This document shows, in pieces, positions 6,369 through 15,452 of a stretch of DNA of 64,000 nt. Source of the DNA: Myxococcales bacterium (GTDB lineage: Bacteria > Myxococcota_A > Polyangia > Fen-1088); assembly GCA_003142855.1 (NCBI GenBank), contig PLNW01000086.1, positions 5,273 through 69,272 on the forward strand, in the 5' to 3' direction. The translations under genes were made by a program, and so were the position numbers. The notes beneath the pieces are model-generated. The model searched no databases, was not told the DNA's origin, and saw only the letters and a list, made by a program, of their open reading frames with translations. Position 1 is the first letter of the stretch. Each line of letters starts with the position of its first letter.

Positions 6369-8984
6369 CTATCCGCGCCGGCCGCGAACCTGACAGAGGC
6401 GCAGTTCGGCGACGGCCACACCGTCCCGGCTGCGCACCGCCACGTTGAGCTGATCGTCGTCGGATGATGGCGCCCAGGTCACTTGGCGATCCGTGCCGAC
6501 GACTTCGCCGTCGCTCTGCCAGCGAATGCTGAGCGGCTCCTCGGCCCCGGTCAGGCAAACCTGCACGGCGCCGTCCACCCATTCGCCTGCGATGCGAATT
6601 TCAGGCGGCAGGCACAGGGGCAGGTCGCGGGCGCGCGGCGACCGACGGGGTGTGGTGTCGGCCCAGCGGCCCACATTCTCAGTGGCCCCAGGCGCACCGC
6701 GATCTGACGACAGAGCGCCCAGAGGAGCCACCGGCGGATCCGAGACGGGCATGAAAGCATCTTTGGTCGCGGCGGCGTCGACTGGGACCGGATCCGGGGG
6801 AAGCATGTCAACCATGTAGTAGTCTCGCCTGAGATCGTACCGGCCAGCGTCAGGTGGAGGCGGGTCGTAGATGATGTTCGTGTCTGGCGCGAGGTCGCGC
6901 CGGCCGGCGTCCGGTACCAGCGGATCCACGACTGGTCCGAAGTCACGCCGACCAGCGTCCGGTGGCGGCGGGTCGTAGACGATACTCGCGTCTGGTGGTG
7001 GAACCGGGTCGGCGATGATGGCCGTGTCCGGCGGTTGGTAGAAGCTCGCGTCTGGTGGTGGAACCGGGTCGGCGATGATGGCCGTGTCCGGTGGTTGGTA
7101 GAAACTCGCGTCTGGTGGTGGAACGCGGTCAGCGATGATGGCCGTGTCCGGCGGTTGGTAGAAACTCGCGTCGGGCCCTGGCAGCGGGTCGTACACGATA
7201 TTCCCGTCGGACGGGGGAAGCATGTCCGCGATCATGTAGTCCGCGGTGGCGTCGCGGTGGCCGCCGTCGTGAGGGAGTCCCAAACCGCCGCTGTTGCAGC
7301 CCGGCGCCCACAAGGCTAGCCAACCGGCAAAGGCTGCTCCCTGGGCCGCACGCACCACCTGTCCGGCCGGCCGCCGCCGAACCGTCTCGCGCCGACATCC
7401 GACGGCGGCGAAGGCGCGCAGGTCGGACATCAAGGCATCCAGGGCCGCGTGCCACACACGGTCCGAGGCCGCCACGCGCAGGCCGAGATGGGCGGTCTCG
7501 CGCGCGACGCGATCGTCGTCGTGCGGATCCAACTGGCTGGCCAAGTCCAGCGCTTGTTCGAGCAACTCGGCGGTGTCGAGCGAGATGTTCTTGGTGAGTT
7601 CGCGGGCGCGCTCGCGCAAGCGTTCCTTGCGGATGTCGCCGACCCGGTAGAACCAGTCGAGCACGCCGCAGGAATAGTTGAGCCCCATGTAGCGGTTGGC
7701 CACGCCGTCGCTGGCGAAGTTGCGTTCGCGGAAAGCCGCCGAGGAAATGCGGAAGAGCAGCTCGGCGCGATCGTCGGCCAAGCGGTAGTCCCAACCCAGG
7801 AAGCTGCCCGACAGGCTGCCGGTCTGGGCCAGCTGGCGGTGCAGGGGCGTGCCCAAGTAGGGCTCGGCCCGACAGAAATTCACCGGGTGCTCGGCGAAGC
7901 GGCGCATGAAAGCGATGTTCTCGGCGACGTCGTCCAGTCTGGTCTCGGGCTCGAAGATCAGAAGGTTGTAGCAGGGGATGATGCCGGCGTCGCTGCAGGC
8001 CTCCAGGGCTTGCCCCATGGAGGCGACCGAAACCCGTCGATTCAGGTGGTCGGCCCCGCGCTGCGAGGCGTTTTCCACACCGACGTAGAGACGAATCACG
8101 CCCAGCCCGGCCAAGCGGCGCGCGAGATCAGGCGTGACGGTATCGGGCCGGCACTTGCCCACGAAAGCCGAGCGCTCCATGCCCGCTTCGTCGAGAGAAC
8201 GCTTGATGGCCCCGATGCGCGCCAAACTGTCAGCCGGCCGGGGCAGTAGAAAGTTCTCGTCGTGGAAACAAAAAATCGCGGTGCCGCCCACGGCCCGGCC
8301 CAGCACAGCCAGCTCGGCCGCGACGTTTTCCGGCGAGCGCAGTCGCAACAGCTTGCCGTGCGCCCCATGAGCGCGGGCATCGCGCAGCACGGTGGTGATC
8401 GAACAGAAACTGCAGGAAGCCCAGCAGCCGCGGCTCCCGCTCACCGGAACAAAGGGGATGCGCATGTGGCGCGCGTGCGGCCGATAGCGTCGCGCGATGG
8501 GCAAGTCGTCGAGGTCGTGTGGCAGGCAGCGCGGAGCAGTCCGCACCACGGCGCCGCGAGCGTCACGGAACGCGATGCCAGCCACATCAGCCAGGCCCTG
8601 CTTGCTGGCGAGTGCCGCGAGCAGATCGACGATGGTTTCTTCACCGTCGTAGAGGACCACGCTGTCCACGCCGTAGCGACCAGCCAGAACCTCGGCGCAG
8701 CCCATAGTGGCGAAGTGGCCCCCGGCGGTGATGTGTCCGCGAAATCCGGCCTTGCGCAGAGCCGTGGCCAGCGCCAGGAAGTCCAAGCCGCGGTGCTGGT
8801 ATTGCGCCGCCAGGCCGACCAGGTCGGGATCGTTCGACGTGATCTGGTTGACCAAGTTGGCAGCCCGGGCGCTGTCGTTGAAGCCCAGTACCTCCACCCG
8901 GTGGCCGGCCCCGGTCGCGGCTGCTGCAATCATGCCCATGCCCAGGTTCTCTTCCACATCAGCGCCAACGAGAGTGAGCCGCAT
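6369..8984 (-). CDS. B12-binding radical SAM protein fused to a lipoprotein-signal-like segment, Pro/Asp-rich repeats and a C-terminal beta-rich domain
   Basis: ATG 8984 is preceded by GGAG. The N-terminal B12-binding-like domain is MRLTLVGADV..GLAAQY. The radical SAM cluster motif is GCWASCSFC (CxxxCxxC). The C-terminal third is described in the findings. Confidence 0.85.
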   Translation of the reverse strand: MRLTLVGADVEENLGMGMIAAAATGAGHRVEVLGFNDSARAANLVNQITSNDPDLVGLAAQYQHRGLDFLALATALRKAGFRGHITAGGHFATMGCAEVLAGRYGVDSVVLYDGEETIVDLLAALASKQGLADVAGIAFRDARGAVVRTAPRCLPHDLDDLPIARRYRPHARHMRIPFVPVSGSRGCWASCSFCSITTVLRDARAHGAHGKLLRLRSPENVAAELAVLGRAVGGTAIFCFHDENFLLPRPADSLARIGAIKRSLDEAGMERSAFVGKCRPDTVTPDLARRLAGLGVIRLYVGVENASQRGADHLNRRVSVASMGQALEACSDAGIIPCYNLLIFEPETRLDDVAENIAFMRRFAEHPVNFCRAEPYLGTPLHRQLAQTGSLSGSFLGWDYRLADDRAELLFRISSAAFRERNFASDGVANRYMGLNYSCGVLDWFYRVGDIRKERLRERARELTKNISLDTAELLEQALDLASQLDPHDDDRVARETAHLGLRVAASDRVWHAALDALMSDLRAFAAVGCRRETVRRRPAGQVVRAAQGAAFAGWLALWAPGCNSGGLGLPHDGGHRDATADYMIADMLPPSDGNIVYDPLPGPDASFYQPPDTAIIADRVPPPDASFYQPPDTAIIADPVPPPDASFYQPPDTAIIADPVPPPDASIVYDPPPPDAGRRDFGPVVDPLVPDAGRRDLAPDTNIIYDPPPPDAGRYDLRRDYYMVDMLPPDPVPVDAAATKDAFMPVSDPPVAPLGALSSDRGAPGATENVGRWADTTPRRSPRARDLPLCLPPEIRIAGEWVDGAVQVCLTGAEEPLSIRWQSDGEVVGTDRQVTWAPSSDDDQLNVAVRSRDGVAVAELRLCQVRGRRG
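6981..7172. repeat. Three near-perfect 60-bp tandem repeats inside the radical SAM gene
   Basis: The unit ctcgcgtctggtggtggaaccgggtcggcgatgatggccgtgtccggcggttggtagaa recurs in register with the 60-nt print lines 6961/7021/7081/7141. It encodes PPPDASFYQPPDTAIIADPV x3. Confidence 0.9.
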
Positions 8985-9078
8985 TTTGGATCTCCGTTTG
9001 TCAAGCAGGGGCGTTGCTACGACCAAGCCCTGGCCCTTGATGTTAGCACCTCCCCGACGAGGACAGGTGTGCGCGCCG

Positions 9079-10212
9079 TCACACGGTCGCACTGGCCTGG
9101 GCGCAGGCGATCATTTTGCGGCCAAAGGTGGACAGTGGAATCGACGCCAGCTCATCGCCGCGCACCCAACGCGCGTCAGCGACAGCAATGCGTCCCCGGA
9201 CGCGGGCGCGGAACACCGAGGCTGTGGCATCGCGATGGGTGAACACGTGGCGTAGCTCGCCGACCAGCTTGGGCGTTCCTTCCACACGCAAGCCGAGATC
9301 GGCAAGCGCCCGACGCGCGGCTCGGGTTGCCGCCTCGCCATCGCGCATTTCTTGCAGCGGCAGCACCCAGGTTCCTGCCAGCAGGGTTCCGGCGGGTCGG
9401 CGCACCAGCAGCAATCGGCCCTGGCGTTCGACCGCGACGCCGGCCAAGTGAATGTGCCGTTTCGCTGGCCGCTTGGTGCGCGCCGGAATGCTGCTGGTGG
9501 CTCGCGCGGCACGCGCCCGACAGAAACGGGCCACTGGACATTGTGGACAGCGCGGGTTACGCGGGAGGCAGCAGAGCGCGCCCAGTTCCATCATGGCTTG
9601 AGCGAAATCCCCGGGCCGCCGCGCAGACACCAGCGGCTGTCCCTGCGCGCGCAGCCCCGCGCGCACCGCGGGACGATCGATGGGCCTGCGCTCGCTCAGA
9701 ATGCGCGCCAGCACGCGAGCCACGTTTCCGTCGACGGGAAGCGTGCGTCGCGAGAACGCAATGGCCGCCACGGCCGCGGCCGTATACGCGCCCACGCCAG
9801 GCAACTGGCGCAGTTCTGCCTCATCTGACGGCAGTTTTCCTCCCAGCTCATCGACCACCAGCCGTGCCGTGCGGTGCAGATTCCGGGCGCGGCTGTAGTA
9901 GCCGAGCCCGGACCACAGCGTCAGCACTTCGTCCTCGCGCGCAGCCGCCAGGGCTTGCAGAGTGGGAAAGCGCGCCATGAAGCGCGCGAAATAGGGCACC
10001 ACCGCGGCCACCACAGTTTGCTGGAGCATCAGCTCGGACACCAGCGTGCGATACGCGTTGGGCTTGTGGCGCCAGGGCAGGTCGCGCTTCTCGCGGTCGT
10101 ACCAGGCGAGCAAAGCGCGCGCGAAGGCCAGTGCGGAAAGTGCAGCGGGCACAGACCTATAAATCCGGCGCAAACTGCGCCTCGCCGCTGCCCACAGGCG
10201 CACCGTTGACAA
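9079..10212 (-). CDS. mutY: A/G-specific adenine DNA glycosylase
   Basis: LLAWYDREKRDLPWR, SELMLQQT, GLGYYSRARNL, a C-x6-C-x2-C-x5-C iron-sulfur loop and a C-terminal NUDIX-like domain. The TTG start at 10212 overlaps osmC, so the true start may be slightly downstream. Confidence 0.88.
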   Translation of the reverse strand: MSTVRLWAAARRSLRRIYRSVPAALSALAFARALLAWYDREKRDLPWRHKPNAYRTLVSELMLQQTVVAAVVPYFARFMARFPTLQALAAAREDEVLTLWSGLGYYSRARNLHRTARLVVDELGGKLPSDEAELRQLPGVGAYTAAAVAAIAFSRRTLPVDGNVARVLARILSERRPIDRPAVRAGLRAQGQPLVSARRPGDFAQAMMELGALCCLPRNPRCPQCPVARFCRARAARATSSIPARTKRPAKRHIHLAGVAVERQGRLLLVRRPAGTLLAGTWVLPLQEMRDGEAATRAARRALADLGLRVEGTPKLVGELRHVFTHRDATASVFRARVRGRIAVADARWVRGDELASIPLSTFGRKMIACAQASATV

Positions 10213-10606
10213 ACACCTGGTAGCGGATGGGCACGGCCCGACTCAGCATCGCGCTGATGGCGCAGAAGCGTGTTTGCGACAAACGCGCGGCTTCGACGGC
10301 CAAGGCTGGATCCACATCACCCTCGATTCGGAACGCGAGATTCACGGAGCTGAATACAGCCGGGAATACGCCCTCGCGGACGGGGGCCTCGGCTGTGACC
10401 TCGAAGCGTTTCATGTCTTGGTGCTGCTTGTGCATGAGCGAAGCCACGTCCATGGCTGTGCAGCCGCACAGGGCGGCAAGCAGAAGCTGTTTCGGCGTCT
10501 GGGCCTTGCCCTGGCCGACCGGCGGCTTGGCATCCATGAGCACCACGTGGCCATCCGCCTCGGCGGTGAACTGCAGGTTCTCTTTCCAGATCAGCTTGGC
10601 GTGCAT
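10157..10606 (-). CDS. OsmC/Ohr family peroxiredoxin-like protein
   Basis: Start re-called to ATG 10606 (MHAKLIWKENLQF..). Motifs TPKQLLLAALCGCTAMD and the second Cys motif RFCAIS are typical of OsmC. Confidence 0.85.
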   Translation of the reverse strand: MHAKLIWKENLQFTAEADGHVVLMDAKPPVGQGKAQTPKQLLLAALCGCTAMDVASLMHKQHQDMKRFEVTAEAPVREGVFPAVFSSVNLAFRIEGDVDPALAVEAARLSQTRFCAISAMLSRAVPIRYQVFVNGAPVGSGEAQFAPDL

Positions 10607-10774
10607 GGTTCTATCCGTTGGTGAAGCGACCACGCGTGCAAACATAGCGCACCGGCGTGCCGTCACCCACACCGCACCCCGCTACTCAGAATTCTAAGTT
10701 TCAGCTTTTGACGGTGGCATTGCTTGGACCTAAACTAAACTCTCTTCACCGGCAGTGACCGGTAAGGGGGCCGC

Positions 10775-11005
10775 ATGCAGGAGAACGCCACCCGCAGGGA
10801 TGATATGGGCTCGGTCGAGGATTTGGAGGCACTGCGGAAGCAACACCAGGATCTGGAAGCCAAACTTCAGGTCATGGATCGTCAGCTCTACCTGACCGCC
10901 AAGGAAGAGGTTGAGCGCGCTCGGCTGAAGAAGGAGAAGCTGGCGATCAAGGATCGCATCCATCTGCTGCTCTCCCGTGCCTCGGCAGAGCAGCCGTCCG
11001 GGTGA
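10775..11005 (+). CDS. DUF465 (YdcH-like) small coiled-coil protein
   Basis: HQDLEAKLQVMDRQ...RLKKEKLAIKDRI matches the DUF465 pattern as I recall it. The start could be the internal M at 10805. Confidence 0.55.
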   Translation: MQENATRRDDMGSVEDLEALRKQHQDLEAKLQVMDRQLYLTAKEEVERARLKKEKLAIKDRIHLLLSRASAEQPSG

Positions 11006-11018
11006 CTTTGCAGCGGTA

Positions 11019-12470
11019 CTAGCAGGGCAGCTCGACCACAAAACGCGCGCCGCCGAGGGGTGCCGGCGCGTCGCTTACCGATACGTCGCCACCGTGGTCG
11101 ATGACGATCTTGCGCACGATGGCCAGGCCCAGGCCCGTGCCGCCCGGCCGGAAGGTGACATAGGGATCGAACACCCGCTGCCGCTCGGCCGCGGGAACAC
11201 CGGGACCATTGTCATCGACCAGGATCGCGGCGCGTTCCCGATCCGGCCGGCGCTCGACGCGGATGACCACCTGGGGCTCACGCCCGGCCTCGCGGGCTGC
11301 CTGCAGAGCGTTCTCGACCAGATTGGCAATCACGCGACGGAAAAGCATCTTGTCACAGGGTGCAGATACCGATCCGCTGGTTTCGACCTTGACGAATGAC
11401 TGCCATTCGGGCTGCAGGCGCACGATCTCCTCGACCAGGGGCACCAGATCGAGCGGCGCCGGTTCCACCTTGGGCAGCTTGGCAAAGGCCGAGAAGTCCT
11501 CGACCAGACGGCGCAGCCCCGTGATTTCTTCACGCAGGATCTCCGTGGCCGTATCCAGCAGGCGCCGGTACGCAGGATCATCGCCAGGGTACTTCGAGGC
11601 AATCTCCTGCACAGCGAGCTGGATGGGCATCAGCGGGTTCTTGATCTCGTGCGCCAGGCGCCGTGCCACCTCTTGCCAGGCTGACACCTTCTGCAGGTAT
11701 TCGAGGCGCGAGCGCGCCTGTCCCAGTTCGGCCACCATACGATCAAAGGCGCGGCCCAGTTCGTCGAGCTCGTCTTTGCCCTTGGGGGCCACGCGCACCG
11801 ACAGATCCCCGGCGCCCACGGCCCGAGCCGCTGTGTGCAGGCGCGCCACCCGCCTGGTCACCCGCCGCGCGACCAGCCAGCCCCCGAGCGGCGCCACGGC
11901 CAGGATGGCCAGAACCAACATCAGGTACTGGCGCAGAAAGCGCGGGACCAGCAGGCCAAACACGCGATCGATCTGCTGTTCCTTCTCGATGGCGGCGCGC
12001 AGAGCCAGGAAGTCCTCGTACATCTGCGCCGGAATTCCGAATACCAACTCCAGCGTGCGCGAGGCCTCGCCTTGGGCTGCGGGCAGGGCGACCAGGATGG
12101 GGGGCGCTTCGCGCGAGCGGTTCAGCGTCTCGGCTGGCGCCTCCCAGGTTTCCACCACCTCGGTGCCCAGCAAGAGCTGGGCGCGCAACAGGCCCTCGGT
12201 GGGCGCCACATCCGCCATGTGAGCCGGCGCCGCCGCCGCGATCTCGTGCGCGCGACGGCGAAACTCGTCCTTGCGATCCGCGAAATAGGAGCGAAATACG
12301 TCGGCGGCACGCGCCGAAGATCCCGCCATCTGCGCGTCGTGTTCCAGTGAGAAGTCGGCGAACCTTTGCACCATGAAGTAGAGCGCGTAGGCGGACAGGG
12401 CCACGGCCAGCGCGGCCACGGCCAGCATGGACCCCAGGACTTTCCACTCGAAACGCCCCGGGAGTCTCAT
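11019..12470 (-). CDS. Sensor histidine kinase (2 TM, HAMP, HisKA, HATPase_c), NtrY-like
   Basis: H-box HEIKNPL, N-box NLVENALQA, G1 DDNGPGV, G2 GGTGLGLAIV. ATGA overlap with the upstream gene. Confidence 0.9.
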   Translation of the reverse strand: MRLPGRFEWKVLGSMLAVAALAVALSAYALYFMVQRFADFSLEHDAQMAGSSARAADVFRSYFADRKDEFRRRAHEIAAAAPAHMADVAPTEGLLRAQLLLGTEVVETWEAPAETLNRSREAPPILVALPAAQGEASRTLELVFGIPAQMYEDFLALRAAIEKEQQIDRVFGLLVPRFLRQYLMLVLAILAVAPLGGWLVARRVTRRVARLHTAARAVGAGDLSVRVAPKGKDELDELGRAFDRMVAELGQARSRLEYLQKVSAWQEVARRLAHEIKNPLMPIQLAVQEIASKYPGDDPAYRRLLDTATEILREEITGLRRLVEDFSAFAKLPKVEPAPLDLVPLVEEIVRLQPEWQSFVKVETSGSVSAPCDKMLFRRVIANLVENALQAAREAGREPQVVIRVERRPDRERAAILVDDNGPGVPAAERQRVFDPYVTFRPGGTGLGLAIVRKIVIDHGGDVSVSDAPAPLGGARFVVELPC

Positions 12471-13111
12471 CGGGCTGGCTCCACCCAGGATTGCGAGACC
12501 AGGCGAAGCTGGCGCTCGCTTTCGTCGATGCGGGGGTTGACGAAGACGCTGACAAACGATCCGAAGAAACTCTCCCCCGAACCCATGCGACTACGCGCTG
12601 AAGGCCGCGCCAGCCAGCGCCGCACGTCGGCCAGCAGTTCTTGCGAAATCGGGTTGAGATCGGCGCGCACGCTGAGCCGGTATGTGACGCCCGGTTCGAG
12701 ACGGTCGAGCGGGACGATGGGAAAGACGGTGAGCGCAGTGGCCAGATCGATGGCCTCGCTCGCGCTCGCGGCCACCAGCGTTTCCATCTTGCCGCCCGCC
12801 TCGAAGCGGCGCACGCGGAACTTCTCGTCCCAAAGGTCGTAGACGATTTCGGTGTGGCGCATGGACTGGGCCACCGGCTCCGGTTGGTCCGGGCGGAAGA
12901 CGGCCACGCGCACCAGCACACGGCTGGTGAAGCCCGACAACAGGCGTTGCGCGTCCTGTGCCTTGAACAGGTCCTGCAGCCCCAGGCTGACCAGCAGGCG
13001 GCCATCGCGTCGGGTGAGGCCAGTCTTGCGTTCCTCGGGCTCTTGCGCGCGGGCCGACGTCGCCGCCAGAGCCAAGGCGGTGACCGCTGCGAGATGAACC
13101 AGGGACCTCAT
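12467..13111 (-). CDS. Secreted/periplasmic protein, possibly DUF4390-like
   Basis: Start re-called to ATG 13111 (MRSLVHLAAVTALALAATSARAQE, a signal peptide). Its position upstream of an NtrY-like kinase resembles DUF4390 contexts. The family call is tentative. Confidence 0.45.
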   Translation of the reverse strand: MRSLVHLAAVTALALAATSARAQEPEERKTGLTRRDGRLLVSLGLQDLFKAQDAQRLLSGFTSRVLVRVAVFRPDQPEPVAQSMRHTEIVYDLWDEKFRVRRFEAGGKMETLVAASASEAIDLATALTVFPIVPLDRLEPGVTYRLSVRADLNPISQELLADVRRWLARPSARSRMGSGESFFGSFVSVFVNPRIDESERQLRLVSQSWVEPAR

Positions 13112-14547
13112 CACAGGGGCAGTCGGCCGAGGGCGTTGGCCACGGAAAGGGTGAAGATGCCGATGTATGTGTCCAGGCGCAGACCCAGATCCGCCGTAAG
13201 ATCGGCCGGTAGGCGCTGGCCCAGGCTGGCGCCGTGCCGGCTCACATCGCCGGGATTGGTCATGGTGAAGATGCCCAAGGCTGCAAAAGCGTCGCCCCGG
13301 TAGAAGAGGCCGTGGCGTCGCCACAGGGGCACGGCATACTCCAAGAGCAGACGGCCAGCCAGCTTGTCGTAGCGATGGTCGGCCACGTTGGTGCCGAGCA
13401 AGTCACGCGAAGGCTGGGTCGAGAAGTTGATGCCGAACGCGCGCGGAGGCAGCAGCAGGTTGAGATCGCCGACGAAGAAGCGATCGAAATAGGGCGCGTC
13501 CCCCACCAGGCCGCCCAGCAGGCCGTGCACCCCGAAGATGTGGCCGATGGACAGGGGGAAGTAGAGCGAGCCCTGCGCGGTGACCTTGACGAAGGTGTAC
13601 TGCGAGGCGCAAGCAGGCGTGGCCGCTTCCACCGACATGACCAGGTGCCGGCCCGCGCGCGGCAACACCGGATCCGAGCGAGAATCGAAGTCGAGCGTGA
13701 GAGCGAGTGAGCCCAGCCGGCTGGATCCATCGCGCACCAGAAACGCGATCGGTTGGCTCTGGCCCAGGCCCAGGTCGCGGTCGAGCAGGGTGGGCAGCTC
13801 GGCGTGAACTGCCTCGAAACGCCCTTCGGCCGCCAAATAGGCCGTGCGCGAAAGAACCGCGCCCACGCCCAGCACGCCGCCGGCGCGCCTGAGGTTGACG
13901 GCCACGAAGTCAGCGGGCGCGGGCTCGGTCGAGGGGCCGCGCGCACGGAAGAACTCGCTGCTCTGGGAGAAGAGAGCGCTTCCCGAGAGCAGCAGTCCGT
14001 GCAGGCGTGGAGGACCGGCCATGCGCAAGGCAAAGGCCAGCGCCGGCTTGGCGCCGTCGACCTTGGGACGCGTCGAGCTGACGAAGCCGGCACCCAGGGT
14101 CAGCCCGCGGCCGAGCAGATTGCGCTCGCTCACGTCCAGCCCGCCCCACACGTTGGTGGCTTCGCTGGTGCCCAGGTAGACAGCCTTGAGGATGATGGTT
14201 CCGCGTTCCTCGACTTCGATGACCAGCACCGCTCCCCCGCGGCGCTCTCCCTTGATCATGGACAGGCGAGCGTCGAGAAAATAGCCCAGCGCCAACAGGC
14301 GTAGACGCGCCCGCTCCACGCGCGCATCGTCGGCGGCGACCGTATCGCCGGGCGAAAGAGCGATCTCGCGCAGGATGAGGTCCGTGCGGGTCTTGTGGTT
14401 TCCGCGCACCTCGATGCGCTCGATGGTGTAGCTGGGGACGAACCCGTCGGGCGGGGCGGCCTCGGACTCGACCGGCGTCGCCGAGAGCTGTGCCTGGGCC
14501 AGCGAGGGCAGGAGAACCAGCAACGCCAGAAGTGAGGGGAAGCGCAT
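13111..14547 (-). CDS. Omp85/BamA-family outer membrane protein (single POTRA plus beta-barrel)
   Basis: Signal peptide MRFPSLLALLVLLPSLAQA, POTRA-like IERIEVRGNHKTRTDLILREI..PGD, and alternating beta-strand pattern to the C-terminus. Confidence 0.75.
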   Translation of the reverse strand: MRFPSLLALLVLLPSLAQAQLSATPVESEAAPPDGFVPSYTIERIEVRGNHKTRTDLILREIALSPGDTVAADDARVERARLRLLALGYFLDARLSMIKGERRGGAVLVIEVEERGTIILKAVYLGTSEATNVWGGLDVSERNLLGRGLTLGAGFVSSTRPKVDGAKPALAFALRMAGPPRLHGLLLSGSALFSQSSEFFRARGPSTEPAPADFVAVNLRRAGGVLGVGAVLSRTAYLAAEGRFEAVHAELPTLLDRDLGLGQSQPIAFLVRDGSSRLGSLALTLDFDSRSDPVLPRAGRHLVMSVEAATPACASQYTFVKVTAQGSLYFPLSIGHIFGVHGLLGGLVGDAPYFDRFFVGDLNLLLPPRAFGINFSTQPSRDLLGTNVADHRYDKLAGRLLLEYAVPLWRRHGLFYRGDAFAALGIFTMTNPGDVSRHGASLGQRLPADLTADLGLRLDTYIGIFTLSVANALGRLPL

Positions 14548-14610
14548 GGACGAGCGACCGATTCTTCCCTAACGGTCGACCGTCACAAAGCCGGAGTCAA
14601 CTAGTAGTGG

Positions 14611-15360
14611 CTAGTTCACGCTCACCCGGGGCGCGATGGCTACATCCGCGACCAGGGCGTTGAGGCGACTTCTCACCTCATCAGATGGACTGAGCACCGA
14701 CATCCGTTCGAGCACGAAGCGCAGCCGGCGTTGATCGCCGCGCACCTCGTAGATAGCGCGCAGGTTGTTGAGCACGCGCACCAGGATCTGGCGTCGCGTG
14801 GCCGGCACCAGATAGTGCTCGTCGATGTCAGTGGGATCCCCGGTGGCGGATTCGTATAGCGCGCGCAACTCCGGTCGTCGCACCATGCGCCCGTCAAACG
14901 GGTCCACCACCGCCAGGGTGCGGTCGCGCCGACGCGCGCCCACGAGAAAATGACCGGGGAACGAAATGCCGAAAGTCTCCACGCCCGCGCGCTGGCACAC
15001 GGCCATGAGCACGATGGCCAGCGAGATGGGATTGCCCGTGCGCCGATCGATGACCTCGTTGAGGAAGCTGTTGCGCGGATCGTAGTAGTCGGCCACGTTG
15101 CCCTGAAAGCCCAACTCGCCGTAGAGAAGCCGCAGGATGGGCAGCACGCGGTCAGCCGGGGCGGGTCCACAGCGACGCTCGACTTCCAGGCGGATGCGCG
15201 CCAACTCACCCATCACGTCGAGCTTGCCGATGAACCCCGGGATATCCAGCCCTGGGTACTCCGGTTCGCAGAGCAGAAGGGCTGTGCTCTCGAGATCCAG
15301 CTCATGATCGGGCTGGCGCAGGAGATGCGCGAACATCAACAAATCCGTCGGCCCACTCAT
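14611..15360 (-). CDS. SirB1/UPF0162-type transglutaminase-like plus TPR protein
   Basis: Start re-called to ATG 15360 (MSGPTDLL..). YYDPRNSFLNEVIDRRTGNPISLAIVLMAVCQRAGV..FPGHFLV is the family signature as I recall it. Confidence 0.7.
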   Translation of the reverse strand: MSGPTDLLMFAHLLRQPDHELDLESTALLLCEPEYPGLDIPGFIGKLDVMGELARIRLEVERRCGPAPADRVLPILRLLYGELGFQGNVADYYDPRNSFLNEVIDRRTGNPISLAIVLMAVCQRAGVETFGISFPGHFLVGARRRDRTLAVVDPFDGRMVRRPELRALYESATGDPTDIDEHYLVPATRRQILVRVLNNLRAIYEVRGDQRRLRFVLERMSVLSPSDEVRSRLNALVADVAIAPRVSVN

Positions 15361-15452
15361 TCGCAAATTCAAGATAGCAGACCACGCCTGGCGAGCATGC
15401 GCTTTCTCGCGCTGCCGGTTGGACGTGTGTGCGCAAGGCCTACCCCAGGAAG

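Noticed and set aside
6981-7172. Possible CRISPR array or minisatellite, because of regular 60-bp repeats.
   Set aside because: There are no unique spacers between the repeats. The units are contiguous, in frame and translated as part of the radical SAM protein.
8985-9092. 36-codon N-terminal extension of the radical SAM ORF.
   Set aside because: It overlaps the 3' end of mutY. ATG 8984 has a GGAG RBS and begins the B12-binding domain.
10700-10730. TGGCATTGCTTGG considered as a sigma54 -24/-12 element upstream of the DUF465 gene.
   Set aside because: The GG and GC elements are only about 6 nt apart instead of 10.
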